Shown: positions 48,957-59,474, numbered from the stretch's first letter. The stretch: DNA of 64,000 bases from Silvanigrellaceae bacterium (GCA_049423385.1 JBMSQQ010000005.1:1-64000), one strand, 5' to 3'. Made by a program: numbers and translations. Notes: generated by a model not told the origin, from the sequence alone.

Positions 48957-50003
48957 ATGGGACAGCCAACGGGACAGAAAATCAGGATTGTTGTTGTGGA
49001 TGACTCGATAGTCTCACGCAGCTGGATAGCCAACGCTCTCGCTGCCGATCCTGTTTTTGAAATTGTCGCAGTTGCAACGAGCTCGAAACTCGCATTTGAG
49101 GTTGTTGTAAGTCAGGCGCCACAGATCTTGATATTGAATGGAGAGTCCGAGCGGTTGAATGGCCTGGCTCTTTTGGAAAAGGTCATGATGCGGTTTCCCA
49201 CGCGGACCATCGTTGTCAGCGAATTTTGTGGAAGTTCATCCAAAGCAGGGTTGAAGGCCTTGTCATTCGGTGCTGTTGACGTTTTTTCACGTGTCGAGAT
49301 TTCTTCCGGTCGGAGGATCAATGTGGATCCGGCCAAATTTCGGGCGTGCATCACTTCTGCAATTCGGGCGAGACTTCCGATGGCAAACTCCTCAATTACA
49401 GTTGCCCACACTCCCACGGTGGTTTTGGCAATTGCTGCATCAACAGGAGGTCCGGATGCGCTTCAGGCCCTGTTGAGCCGCCTTCCGGCAAACATTCCGC
49501 CAATGCTGATCGTTCAACACATGCCTGCGTTCTACACGCGAAGCTTTGCCCGGCGACTGAATGAAGAGTGTTCTTTTGAAGTTCGCGAGGCGCGCGACGG
49601 AGATTCACTTCAGGAGGGTCTTGCCCTGATTGCTCCGGGTGGATTCCATATGACCGTGGAAAAAAATTCGAACCGATTTTCCATTGCATTGGACCAGTCT
49701 CCGCCTTTGCACGGAGTCAGGCCTGCAGCTGACCCTCTTTTTGAGTCGATTGCCAGGAATTTTGGGGCTCGGGCAATTGGTGTTGTCCTGACAGGCATGG
49801 GGCGAGACGGAGCTGAAGGATTGGCAAAAATGCGCAAGTCCGGGAGTTTCAATATTGCCCAGGACGAACAAAGCAGCGTCGTTTTTGGGATGGCCCGCGA
49901 GGCCGTGGCCGCAGGAGCTGTGCAAATTGTCTGTCCTCTCGATAAGATAGCCGGGACGATAATCGCCGAATTGGCAAGAAGAACTGTTGCAAAGGTCGGC
50001 TGA
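48957..50003 (+). CDS. cheB: CheB methylesterase with a degenerate receiver domain
   Basis: ASTGG, VQHMP and LTGMGRDG intact; REC has ILILNGE (Asp->Asn) and FSR in place of KP. Confidence 0.92.
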   Translation: MGQPTGQKIRIVVVDDSIVSRSWIANALAADPVFEIVAVATSSKLAFEVVVSQAPQILILNGESERLNGLALLEKVMMRFPTRTIVVSEFCGSSSKAGLKALSFGAVDVFSRVEISSGRRINVDPAKFRACITSAIRARLPMANSSITVAHTPTVVLAIAASTGGPDALQALLSRLPANIPPMLIVQHMPAFYTRSFARRLNEECSFEVREARDGDSLQEGLALIAPGGFHMTVEKNSNRFSIALDQSPPLHGVRPAADPLFESIARNFGARAIGVVLTGMGRDGAEGLAKMRKSGSFNIAQDEQSSVVFGMAREAVAAGAVQIVCPLDKIAGTIIAELARRTVAKVG

Positions 50004-50054
50004 CCCGGCTAGCGTGCGAACAGTCCGGGAGGTCCCCCTGCGGGAGGATTCCCC

Positions 50055-51515
50055 GTGAATCAGGTGTCTTGCCGAGGTTTGCGAGTGATTCGGGAACAAA
50101 AAAACTGGAAACCAGATTCCTGGTTGCGTCACCCTGCGCAACAGATTCCAGTTTATCCCGATGATCAGGAATTCAAGAAAGTGGTTGTTCAATTGGAGCA
50201 TCGACCACCCTTGGTGCACCATTCCGAAATTGAAAAGCTCAAGTCTTTGATCGGTTCCGCAGGACAAGGCTACCGCTTTGTCCTCCAGGCAGGTGAGTGT
50301 GCGGAACGTTTTATTGATTGCCAGTCCGACGTCATATCCGAAAAATTGAAAATTCTGATGCAGATGAGTTTGATGGCGGCATATGGGCTTCGACGTCCAG
50401 TGGTTTCGATGGGCCGTCTCGCGGGTCAGTATGGCAAGCCGAGGTCGGATGAATGGGAAACCCGAGAGGGACAAACCCTGCCAAGTTACCGCGGTGACAT
50501 CATCAATGGATTTGAGTTTTCACCCGCAGCACGTCGCCCGGATCCTCATCGCATGCTGGATGCGTATCAATGTGCATGTGCCACCCTCAACTGGATTCGC
50601 GCACTGGGCGAAAGTGGTTGGTCCGATATCGGCAGTTTGAGGCGTTGGTCTCTGCATCAGCAGACTCCCGAGGCGTCGCTGGTTTTTGATGAAATCAAGG
50701 AACGTCTGGAGGATGCACTTTCAATCATCGATGTCTGGTCCAGGGATCGCCAGGGGGCTTTTCACCCCGACAGGCACCCGGTGTTCACCTCTCACGAAGC
50801 CCTCTTGCTGCCCTACGAAGCTGCTCTAACCCGGTATGTTGAAGAATCTGGAGCCTGGTTCAATCAGGGAGCACATTTTCTTTGGCTGGGTGAGCGAACT
50901 CGCGATCTGAATGGAGCACATGTGGAGTACCTGAGTGGTATCGCCAATCCCATCGGCATCAAGGTGGGGCCCTCAACTTCTCCTACCGAGCTGATCAACC
51001 TTGTCAGGCGCCTGAACCCAACCAATGAATGGGGACGAATCACGCTGATCACCCGTTTGGGTGCTGCAAAAGCGGCTGATTTTTTGCCAGCCCTCATTGG
51101 CGCGATACAAGGTGCGGACCTCAGGGTCACCTGGTCTTGTGATCCCATGCACGGCAATATCGTCAGAATGTCTGACGGTTTGAAAACCAGATATTTTGAT
51201 AACATCATGTCCGAAGTTCTGGTGTCACAGCGTATCCACCATGAAAGAGGTTCATGGCTGGGTGGCTTGCATCTCGAGATTACGGCCGAAGACGTTACGG
51301 AATGTGTTGGTGGAGATGTCGGTGTTCAGGAAAATCATCTGACCTTGAATTACCAGTCCTATTGCGATCCGCGATTGAATTATGGCCAAAGTCTCGAGGT
51401 GATGCTGAGATTCTGTGATGCATTCAAGAAACTCGCACATCGTGAGGTTGGAAGTGCTGTTGGCTCATTGCAGACGCGTCAAGTTGAAACAGCTGTTGAA
51501 GATTTCCTCGGTTAG
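50055..51515 (+). CDS. Class II DAHP synthase (3-deoxy-7-phosphoheptulonate synthase)
   Basis: GRLAGQYGKPRS, SYRGDIING, WLGERTR, CDPMHGN, CDPRLN. Confidence 0.95.
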   Translation: MNQVSCRGLRVIREQKNWKPDSWLRHPAQQIPVYPDDQEFKKVVVQLEHRPPLVHHSEIEKLKSLIGSAGQGYRFVLQAGECAERFIDCQSDVISEKLKILMQMSLMAAYGLRRPVVSMGRLAGQYGKPRSDEWETREGQTLPSYRGDIINGFEFSPAARRPDPHRMLDAYQCACATLNWIRALGESGWSDIGSLRRWSLHQQTPEASLVFDEIKERLEDALSIIDVWSRDRQGAFHPDRHPVFTSHEALLLPYEAALTRYVEESGAWFNQGAHFLWLGERTRDLNGAHVEYLSGIANPIGIKVGPSTSPTELINLVRRLNPTNEWGRITLITRLGAAKAADFLPALIGAIQGADLRVTWSCDPMHGNIVRMSDGLKTRYFDNIMSEVLVSQRIHHERGSWLGGLHLEITAEDVTECVGGDVGVQENHLTLNYQSYCDPRLNYGQSLEVMLRFCDAFKKLAHREVGSAVGSLQTRQVETAVEDFLG

Positions 51516-52032
51516 TCCGCTGGTGTCCCTTTCGTGCGGTGCCTTTGCAGGCCCTGCAAATATCGATTCCCACTCTGAATCCAGCAAGTATTCGGTCATC
51601 GGCCCATGGTCTGTTTCTGCGGGTTTTCCGCAGGGTGGATCGATTTGGGGTAGCCCGGCACTGGGGCTGCGCAATGAGATTTTCAACGGCGAATTCGTCA
51701 GTGTAGGTTTGAATTTGGCATCGGACAAAATCCAGAAGTCCGAGTCGACGGGGATTTTTGCGAAGTGGAATCATATGCTCTCGCCAGGATGGGGCAAAAG
51801 CTTTCCCTATGCATTTGTGCAGTCTGGCTACGTTTCCCAAAAGGCAAATGAGGCGGCCAAAAAAGAATCGGTTGCAAATTTTGCGTTTGGACTGGGAGTT
51901 GAAGTTTCGTTGCTGCGGGAAATTTCAACGTCACTGGAAACAGGTTTGGGAGGAGTTTTGTGGCCATCAAGTCAGATGAGCTACACTTCGGCAACAACCC
52001 AATTGGCTGTTCATTATCATTTCGAATTTTGA
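51484..52032 (+). CDS. Small outer-membrane beta-barrel protein
   Basis: Probable TTG start with signal peptide; FPYAFVQSGY, FGLGVEV, terminal HYHFEF. Confidence 0.6.
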   Translation: MKQLLKISSVSPLVSLSCGAFAGPANIDSHSESSKYSVIGPWSVSAGFPQGGSIWGSPALGLRNEIFNGEFVSVGLNLASDKIQKSESTGIFAKWNHMLSPGWGKSFPYAFVQSGYVSQKANEAAKKESVANFAFGLGVEVSLLREISTSLETGLGGVLWPSSQMSYTSATTQLAVHYHFEF

Positions 52033-52049
52033 ATCGGCCAGGACATTCA

Positions 52050-52898
52050 ATGAGAAATCCACTGACATTCTTTGTTGCCGTTTTGACTTTTGTCGTGCAC
52101 CTCTCCTGCGGAAAGTCTTCGAACAGTCCAGTAACAGCTGGTGGCGGTCATTCGTGGCAGCTTTCGCTTCAGTTGCCTGGCGGTTATCAGCTCACCGACA
52201 ACAGCACGATGTTGTTGGACACCTTGAAGGCTCAATTGGACAGGATAAGTATTGGACGAACATTTTTTCGGGATCCTGTTGAATTGTCTGAAAAATCACC
52301 GTTCGGTAGAGCGCAGATGCTGGTTTTTGGTGACGATTCGCGAGTGTCATTGTCATGGAAGAGCGCTTCATTGACCGGCTCTTCCTGGAGGTTTGGCACG
52401 TGCGGCGGAGAGGAACATGTCACCGCTTGCGAATATCAGTCACTTTTGAAGTGTTTGCAGGATCGGTCACGTGAGGATGTGCTGGGGCAAGAATCCGCGG
52501 GCACCCTGGGTTCCAATCCGTCGCGCAGCCTCCTGCTCGAATGGTTCCGGCGCTGTGGCGTGAGCAGTGCTTTTGGTTCTGCTCTTCAATCACAAACCAG
52601 CTTCGCAATGCGTAACAACAATCTCTATTTTGAACCCTCACCCTTGCTCAGTCTGTTGATTTATCCTGGAGCATGGACAGGTTATGAAGATGCGGTGATC
52701 CAGTCGACTCCGGTAGCAACTGTTCCTGCCTTGGTGCCTTGTTCCCGCGGCGACGGAGCATGCCTCGAAAGTCCACTTCCGGTCGGTTCGTGCAATGGAT
52801 GCGCGAACCTGCAGACGGGAAAACTCTACACCGTGTTCTTCGTTGAGGCACTCAGACAGGATTATTCAACTGTCCGCAGCATCGTCTATGTTCCTTGA
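52050..52898 (+). CDS. Hypothetical Cys-rich lipoprotein
   Basis: MRNPLTFFVAVLTFVVHLSC lipobox. Confidence 0.7.
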   Translation: MRNPLTFFVAVLTFVVHLSCGKSSNSPVTAGGGHSWQLSLQLPGGYQLTDNSTMLLDTLKAQLDRISIGRTFFRDPVELSEKSPFGRAQMLVFGDDSRVSLSWKSASLTGSSWRFGTCGGEEHVTACEYQSLLKCLQDRSREDVLGQESAGTLGSNPSRSLLLEWFRRCGVSSAFGSALQSQTSFAMRNNNLYFEPSPLLSLLIYPGAWTGYEDAVIQSTPVATVPALVPCSRGDGACLESPLPVGSCNGCANLQTGKLYTVFFVEALRQDYSTVRSIVYVP

Positions 52899-52916
52899 GC
52901 AGAACGTACAGAATGT

Positions 52917-53798
52917 TCAGCGGTGGAACGACAGAAACAGCAAATGCGCCAGTGGAACTCCAAAAAGCAGCGAATCGATCCGGTCGAGCATTCCTCCATG
53001 TCCCGGAAGTAGGCTTCCACTGTCCTTGACGTTTGCGGCTCGCTTGAGGGCGCTCTCCGCAAGGTCTCCAACTTGTCCGGCAGCTCCAACGATTAAAGCG
53101 GTGAGCATCCCCCAAACGGGATGAAAATCCTTCATGAAGTAGATCGAGAAAAGCAAGCCAGTCAGCGAGCTGCAGAGCAATCCACCGAGGGCTCCTTCGA
53201 CGGTCTTTTTCGGAGAAACGCGCGGAATCAATTTCCTTCGGCCCAAAGACCTGCCGACAAAGTAAGCGCCCGAATCGCCCAAAAGGATGCAGGCGAGCGC
53301 AAAATAGAGAGCTATGCCTTTGGGGGCCTGATCAATGTGGATTTGGCTGAGTCGCAGCATGATGACGCCTGGGATCGAAATGTACACGAACCCGGCGAGT
53401 ACATTCATCAGCTTGTGGGTTGAGTGCTCGAGGTCGAGTTCACGGCGATAGAAAAAGGCGGAGCCACAAATGGTGCAAAGCGCGATCCATGCGAAAACCA
53501 ATGATGTTCCGTATTCGGAGGGGTGCCCCAACAGCCGCGGGCCGTAAAATTCAATTGGCACACACAGTGCATAACAGGCAGCGATACCCCAATGCTCGCG
53601 GCGAATGATTGGGTGGGGGCGTTCGGAAGTGGCCTGACCGTCAATCACATGCCAACGCATGGCAATAAATTCGGCGCCTGCAAAAATTGTCCCGAACATG
53701 AAGAAAAGGACCGGCACAATTTCATGCGTGCTGAAGGTGACACTCCAAAAAACCACGAAAATAAAAACAAATGCAGTCAGCAGTCGGACCCTCAGCAT
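52917..53798 (-). CDS. cdsA: Phosphatidate cytidylyltransferase
   Basis: SPKKTVEG, GDLAESALKR, KDSGSLLPGHGGMLDRIDS. Confidence 0.96.
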   Translation of the reverse strand: MLRVRLLTAFVFIFVVFWSVTFSTHEIVPVLFFMFGTIFAGAEFIAMRWHVIDGQATSERPHPIIRREHWGIAACYALCVPIEFYGPRLLGHPSEYGTSLVFAWIALCTICGSAFFYRRELDLEHSTHKLMNVLAGFVYISIPGVIMLRLSQIHIDQAPKGIALYFALACILLGDSGAYFVGRSLGRRKLIPRVSPKKTVEGALGGLLCSSLTGLLFSIYFMKDFHPVWGMLTALIVGAAGQVGDLAESALKRAANVKDSGSLLPGHGGMLDRIDSLLFGVPLAHLLFLSFHR

Positions 53799-54025
53799 TT
53801 CTGTCCTTTTCCTTTGGTTTGAATCTCCATCTTTACAAAAACTACAGCAAACTCCTCAATTTGCATAGCCCTTGTTGGGCGTTTTCTGGGCAATCGAGAT
53901 TTGCCCGTCTGCGATTTGGATTGCGCATCGACCGGCAAGAACTTGCACGGCGGGAAGGTGTCACCGGATGCGTTATCAAAGTGCAAAAAAAAGATAAAAT
54001 AGCCCTATTGAAGGAGATCCGGAAT

Positions 54026-54562
54026 ATGCCCAGGAAAACCGCTGCACCTGCGCGGAGCCGCAACGCTTCGTCCCGTGGAACTCCAGCCGAGATTTATCGG
54101 CAAATGGAGGAATTGCAGAAAGAACTTTTGCTTCTGGCCAAGCGGGCCGAGGATGAAATGGAATCAATGCTGCGTTCGCAGCCTGAACCCATCCTCGAAA
54201 TGCTTCGGGATTTTGCAAGAAAAGTGAAAGCGACCGACGCGTTGATCTGTCTTGATATGAGACAACGAAACTTTGTTCCATTGTCGGGTCTGCCGGAGAT
54301 TCCGATGCTCGAAACGGATCGGTTTCAATGCGATTTGGCACTCTCGGGCAGGGAGATGGCAATGGATTTCTCAATCAGTCGGGTCTATTTGCCGGTGGTT
54401 GTTTTCGAAAATCCCATTGCTGTAGGCGTTTTTACGGTGCCGAAATTGGGATGCAACAACTACGAAAATGTTTGCAGCGCGGCGAGTGAGGGGATTTGCA
54501 GACTGCGACATGAGCTCAAGATGACACGTTCCCCAGGAACAGCCGACGAAGCAGCATCATGA
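54026..54562 (+). CDS. Hypothetical protein: coiled coil + degenerate GAF-like domain
   Basis: AAGGAG before ATG 54026; YLPVVVFENPIAVGVF resembles GAF C-terminal strands. Confidence 0.5.
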   Translation: MPRKTAAPARSRNASSRGTPAEIYRQMEELQKELLLLAKRAEDEMESMLRSQPEPILEMLRDFARKVKATDALICLDMRQRNFVPLSGLPEIPMLETDRFQCDLALSGREMAMDFSISRVYLPVVVFENPIAVGVFTVPKLGCNNYENVCSAASEGICRLRHELKMTRSPGTADEAAS

Positions 54563-54590
54563 ATTCAAGTGAAAATTGAGGATAACCTTC

Positions 54591-55361
54591 ATGAGAATCG
54601 ACATGAAGAAAGCATTTCAGAGCATCCTTTTGGGCACGGGAGCGAAAGTTCGGGTTGCTGTCATCGACAGTGGCGTCAATCCGCAATTTCCAGGGTTGCG
54701 TGGGCGCTCGGGCAGAACAATAGATTGTTCCTATGGACCGAAGGGGCTTTCGTTGGTTGATCTGCCATCCTCTTCCAATTCAGATCGCACCGGACATGGC
54801 AGTCTCGTCCAAAGTTGTCTTGTTTCTGTTGCTCCAGAAGCTCAGGTTGATCATTTTCGGGTACTCGATGAAAACAACGTGACCGACAGCTCATTGCTTT
54901 GTTACGTTCTGGATCACGCGATCGATCAAAAGTACAACATCATCAATGTCAGTTTGGGAACGTCAAGTGAGCACCACCTTCCATGGCTCGTTGCCCTGAT
55001 GAAGCGCGCCTATGAGTCGAACGTGGTTGTTGTGGCTGCCTGCAGCAACGTCGGCAATTGGCTTTATCCCGCCACCTTCACCTACTGTGTGAGTGTGAGT
55101 GCCATGCCTGCAACCCACGCGATGCAGGTGAGATTTCATCCCGGAAGCGTTGTTGAATTTTCTGGGCTTGGTGTGAACGTTCCAATTGCTGGTCCATCAG
55201 ATCAATCTATTTTTGTGACCGGATCGAGCTATGCAGCAGCCCATATCAGTGGTCTTTGTGCAAGAATCCTTGAAATACGACCGGATTCGAGTCCTTTGGA
55301 CGTCAAATTGATACTGCGCGAATATGCCATTTCGATGGGTGGGGGAAGTCAGGTCGCCTGA
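54591..55361 (+). CDS. Small S8 (subtilisin-like) serine peptidase without signal or pro-peptide
   Basis: VAVIDSG (Asp), GHG (His), INVSLG, AACSN, GSSYAA (Ser). Confidence 0.9.
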   Translation: MRIDMKKAFQSILLGTGAKVRVAVIDSGVNPQFPGLRGRSGRTIDCSYGPKGLSLVDLPSSSNSDRTGHGSLVQSCLVSVAPEAQVDHFRVLDENNVTDSSLLCYVLDHAIDQKYNIINVSLGTSSEHHLPWLVALMKRAYESNVVVVAACSNVGNWLYPATFTYCVSVSAMPATHAMQVRFHPGSVVEFSGLGVNVPIAGPSDQSIFVTGSSYAAAHISGLCARILEIRPDSSPLDVKLILREYAISMGGGSQVA

Positions 55362-56110
55362 AGTTTTCCCGGCCTGGGTCCGAACAGGGCGCTGCCAATC
55401 CGCAACATGTTTGAACCGCTCCGCAAGGCGATCTCCAGGTCATCGCTCATACCCAGTGAAATTCTTGATTCCCTTGTTTTTCGCGTCGGATCGCGCAGCG
55501 AATACTGTTCCCAAAGAAATTGAGCGGTTTCGGAAAATCTCTCGTACAGCCATTTGAGTTGTTCATGATCATCAATATCGGGACCGATGCCCATGAATCC
55601 TTCCAACGAAATGCCTGGGATGTTTGCGATGCGTTTGCAGAGTTCATCTGCATCAGGGCGAATGCATCCGGATTTGTTGACGTCGGTCGAATCGACCTGC
55701 AGCTGCAATAGAACCTTGATAGGCTCTGCGGGATCGGCGAATTTGCAAAGTTCATCCAGCAGTGAGACGCGGTCGAGTGCGTGTATCGTTGGTTTGCACG
55801 ACATGATTTTTCTGACCTTGTTCGATTGCAGGTGGCCAATAAAATGCCATCTGAGGTCTTTCAGGTCGCTCAGTTCTTCTGCTTTTTTGACAAACTCCTG
55901 AGCGTAACTTTCGCCAAAATCACGCAGTCCCAGTTCATAGAATTGTCGAATCGATTTGGCTGGATGGCCTTTGCTGACTGCAACTATGGTGATGTCGTCC
56001 GGCTTGTTTTGGCCACCCATCAGTGCCGTGGCAATTCGTGAGCGGAGAGCCATCAGGCGTTCTTTGGCGGCGTTCAGGCAATCTGTGTTGTTCTGCAAAT
56101 CATTGGTCAT
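55349..56110 (-). CDS. yggS: PLP homeostasis protein YggS
   Basis: VAVSK, FGESYAQE, WHFIGHLQSNK, SLGMSDD, RIGSALFG. Confidence 0.96.
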   Translation of the reverse strand: MTNDLQNNTDCLNAAKERLMALRSRIATALMGGQNKPDDITIVAVSKGHPAKSIRQFYELGLRDFGESYAQEFVKKAEELSDLKDLRWHFIGHLQSNKVRKIMSCKPTIHALDRVSLLDELCKFADPAEPIKVLLQLQVDSTDVNKSGCIRPDADELCKRIANIPGISLEGFMGIGPDIDDHEQLKWLYERFSETAQFLWEQYSLRDPTRKTRESRISLGMSDDLEIALRSGSNMLRIGSALFGPRPGKLQAT

Positions 56111-56708
56111 CGGATTGAGGCAACCATTGTCTGAGAGCAACAACGACTTGTGCCATGGGAAGCCCCACGACGTTCGTGTAACTTCCCTCTATGGATTCAA
56201 CAAATGTCAGGGCGTGTCCCTGGATGCCATAGGAGCCTGCTTTGTCGAACGGTTCTCCGCTGGCTATGTAACGCTCAATTTCATCGGCAAACAAGGTTCT
56301 GAAAAGAACCTGTGTCTGAATAGTCTTGCATTCCATGATTTCGCCAGTGGTTCCGTTGCAGACGGCGAATCCTGTCATTACGCGATGCGTTCTCGCAGAC
56401 AACTTGCCGAGCATTCTTCTGGCTTCATCAGCGTCCGAAGGTTTCTCCAAAACTTCATTGTCGTATGCGACCACGATGGTGTCGGCTGCCAAAACAAGGG
56501 CTTTCGCAACCGCAACAGGCTGCGTATTGCAGACAGCAAGTGCTTTTTCTTTGGCGTTCCGTTGAACGTAGTCCTCAGGTCGCTCATCGTGTCTTCTCTT
56601 TTCCTCGATGTTCGACACGATGACTTCGTGGCGGTACCCGGCCTGTGTCAAAAGCTCCCGGCGTCTCGGCGACGCGCTTGCCAAAATGATCTTTTCAAAC
56701 ATGAGCAT
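56100..56708 (-). CDS. maf: Maf family nucleoside triphosphate pyrophosphatase
   Basis: ILASASPRRRELL, ADTIV, DKAGSYGIQ, NVVGLP. Confidence 0.96.
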   Translation of the reverse strand: MLMFEKIILASASPRRRELLTQAGYRHEVIVSNIEEKRRHDERPEDYVQRNAKEKALAVCNTQPVAVAKALVLAADTIVVAYDNEVLEKPSDADEARRMLGKLSARTHRVMTGFAVCNGTTGEIMECKTIQTQVLFRTLFADEIERYIASGEPFDKAGSYGIQGHALTFVESIEGSYTNVVGLPMAQVVVALRQWLPQSDDQ

Positions 56709-56864
56709 AACTCTCCCTCAGCAGGTTTTGCCCACAGCGGCATGCGAGTCAAGCGAAAGGATGGGCAGATTAAGCCTGCAACGACAAATTCACGGCCCAG
56801 TGGGCGAGGCATGACCAGAGGGGACTCGGATAGATGCCTAAAATAGAGTCAGGAGCAAGACAAT

Positions 56865-59474
56865 ATGGAATTGACTCAAGATATGCTCAGCGAGCTGAAG
56901 GCGGAAAGCATCGAGCTCGTTGAACGCTTTGCCGGCATCTGGATGCTCATCAACACCTCTGTTGAGCAGGGCAAGGCCGTTGCGCGCGAAAATATCGACG
57001 AATTGTTCCGAACGCTTCATACCCTCAAAGGTTTGTCCGAGATTATCAACAATCCGCGCCTCGTTTCTGCCTTGCATCTGATGGAAGATCGCTTGACCCA
57101 GGTGCGAGAAGGCAACTCCACCCTCGACGCCGAGGATATGGCGACCCTGGTTGAAGCAGAACTGACACTTGAAAAGATTTTCAATGCCGATTTTCGTTCG
57201 AGCGATGATGTTCTTCTTTCAACCTTGGAACATCATGCGCAGATGTTTTGTGCGCGGTCATTGAACACTCGGCAATCCGGGTCAAACAGACCCTTGGTAA
57301 ACCAAACAAGACTTGAATTGACCTCTGATGAAGCCAAAAACTGGGAAAAATATTGTTCCCGCGAGGAGTTTCTTTTTGCTCTGACGACTTTGTCGGCGAA
57401 TGTTGACGATTTCCGTGGAAGAATCGTTCCAATTGGTGATATTATTGTCGAACGAAGCAGCGGTGAATCATGCTTGTTCGTATTTGCTGCTGAACTCGAT
57501 CAATCCCTTGTCGAGGCGATTGTCGAACAGCCGGTGAAGTTGTTGCGCAAAGACCTTCAAGCATTGCTCGCGCTTGAATTTTCCACGACTTCCACCCAAT
57601 CGGCAACCGAGGAGTCTAAATCAAAAGAACTCATCCCGGTTGGCCAAACGGATAATGTTGATCAACTGCTTGAGGCAGAACCGTCCTCAGTGTTTGAAAA
57701 TGGAAAAAGCAATAAAGATGTTTCTGGCGAGCGTGCAGAGTCGCAGAATCTGGCGTCGGCTGATCCCGAGATGGTCAAGGATTTTCTGAGCAATGCACGT
57801 GAACTTCTGGACTCGCTGACAAACTCTCTTCTTGATCTCGAAAGCAATCCATCCGATCCGACAACCATAGAATTCATCTTCAGGGCCGCGCATACCATCA
57901 AGGGCACTGCAGGGATGCTCGGATTCACGACCATCGAAACTCTTTGCCATGCACTTGAAAACACCTTCGATCGCATCCGGAAGGGAAATCTGGCTGCGAC
58001 TCCGGTCTTGGTCGACAATCTACTTGTTGGATGGGATTTGGTGCGAAGTTTGTTCGACTTGCTTGAACAGGGCAAACCTCCTTTCCTTGAAATCACCAAT
58101 TTTCTTGCGCAGCTATCTGCAGCGGAACGTGGAGTGTCGAAAACTTCCACGGTTCCCCGTGAAGCCGTTGCCAAGCAAGTTTCCGCTCAAAACCCGACCC
58201 AGACGCAATCCAAAAACGATACGCAGGGGACAATACGCGTCGATCTCAAGCGGCTTGACAACCTCGTCAATCTAGTTGGCGAGCTTGTGATTGATCGTAC
58301 CCGATTTGCAAGAATCGAGGAGGCAATGCGCACACGCGGTGCAAGCGCCGACTTGAGTCATCAGATGGCCGAAAGTGTGCTGCTTTTTGGTCGGCATATG
58401 AATGAAGTGCAAAACATCATCATGAAAGTTCGAATGGTTGCCATTGGCACGGTGTTCTACAAGTTCGCCAGGATGGTTCGGGATTTGTCCCGACAGGTTG
58501 GCAAGGAAGTTGAGCTCGTCATTGAAGGCGGAGAAACAGAACTGGATAAAACGCTCGTTGAAGAAATCGGCGATCCTCTAGTTCATCTGATCAGAAACAG
58601 TATTGACCATGGAATTGAACCTCCTGAACTGCGCGAAAGCCTGGGCAAGTCGAGAAAAGGAATTGTCCGGCTTTCGGCGAGCCAGCAAGGCAACAGTATT
58701 GCAATTTCCGTCAAGGATGACGGCAAGGGACTCGATGTTGAACGGATTCGTGCCAAAGCGATAAAAAATGGACTATTGAGCGAACATGAAAATCCACCGG
58801 TGAAAGAGATATTCAACCTGATTTTTGAACCTGGATTTTCGACTGCCGAGGCGGTCACGAATATTTCGGGTCGCGGTGTTGGAATGGATGTTGTCAAAAA
58901 GAATATTCAAAAGCTGAAAGGCGTGATTGAGCTGGATTCAACACCTGGTCAGGGGACGAACACAGTCATCAAGCTGCCCATCACTCTCGCTATTGTGCCG
59001 AGCTTGATGGTGGAGTCCAGCGGAGAGACGTATGCCATCCCGATTGTAAACGTCATCGAAAGCATCCGCATCTCGCCTTCCGATATTCAGCGCATGGGTG
59101 CTTCTCAATTTGTAAAATTGCGCGAGCAGGTCATTCCACTTGTCAATTTTGCGGATGTTCTTGGAATCCATCACATCGAAAACGACTTCTGGTATCGGGA
59201 GTCAGCAAGAAACTCAACATTGCAGCGCCGCAGGGAGCGTTTGGTGTTCGTCGTCATTGGCGTGGGACATGAGCGTATCGGATTGATTGTCGATCGTTTG
59301 ATTGGCCAACAGGAAATCGTCATCAAGCCCCTGGGCCGATTGTTGCGCGACCGCTCCGGATTGGCGGGTGGTTGCTTGTTGGGCGACGGGCGAGTTGCAT
59401 TGGTTTTGGACGTGGCTGAGGTCTTCAGCAACGAGGCTATCAACAGGGGGCTGCATGCTCGAAGAGCTTCGTAA
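56865..59474 (+). CDS. cheA: CheA histidine kinase with two Hpt domains
   Basis: FRTLHTLKG and FRAAHTIKG; HLIRNSIDHG; SGRGVGMDVV; C-terminal CheW-like domain. Confidence 0.93.
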   Translation: MELTQDMLSELKAESIELVERFAGIWMLINTSVEQGKAVARENIDELFRTLHTLKGLSEIINNPRLVSALHLMEDRLTQVREGNSTLDAEDMATLVEAELTLEKIFNADFRSSDDVLLSTLEHHAQMFCARSLNTRQSGSNRPLVNQTRLELTSDEAKNWEKYCSREEFLFALTTLSANVDDFRGRIVPIGDIIVERSSGESCLFVFAAELDQSLVEAIVEQPVKLLRKDLQALLALEFSTTSTQSATEESKSKELIPVGQTDNVDQLLEAEPSSVFENGKSNKDVSGERAESQNLASADPEMVKDFLSNARELLDSLTNSLLDLESNPSDPTTIEFIFRAAHTIKGTAGMLGFTTIETLCHALENTFDRIRKGNLAATPVLVDNLLVGWDLVRSLFDLLEQGKPPFLEITNFLAQLSAAERGVSKTSTVPREAVAKQVSAQNPTQTQSKNDTQGTIRVDLKRLDNLVNLVGELVIDRTRFARIEEAMRTRGASADLSHQMAESVLLFGRHMNEVQNIIMKVRMVAIGTVFYKFARMVRDLSRQVGKEVELVIEGGETELDKTLVEEIGDPLVHLIRNSIDHGIEPPELRESLGKSRKGIVRLSASQQGNSIAISVKDDGKGLDVERIRAKAIKNGLLSEHENPPVKEIFNLIFEPGFSTAEAVTNISGRGVGMDVVKKNIQKLKGVIELDSTPGQGTNTVIKLPITLAIVPSLMVESSGETYAIPIVNVIESIRISPSDIQRMGASQFVKLREQVIPLVNFADVLGIHHIENDFWYRESARNSTLQRRRERLVFVVIGVGHERIGLIVDRLIGQQEIVIKPLGRLLRDRSGLAGGCLLGDGRVALVLDVAEVFSNEAINRGLHARRAS

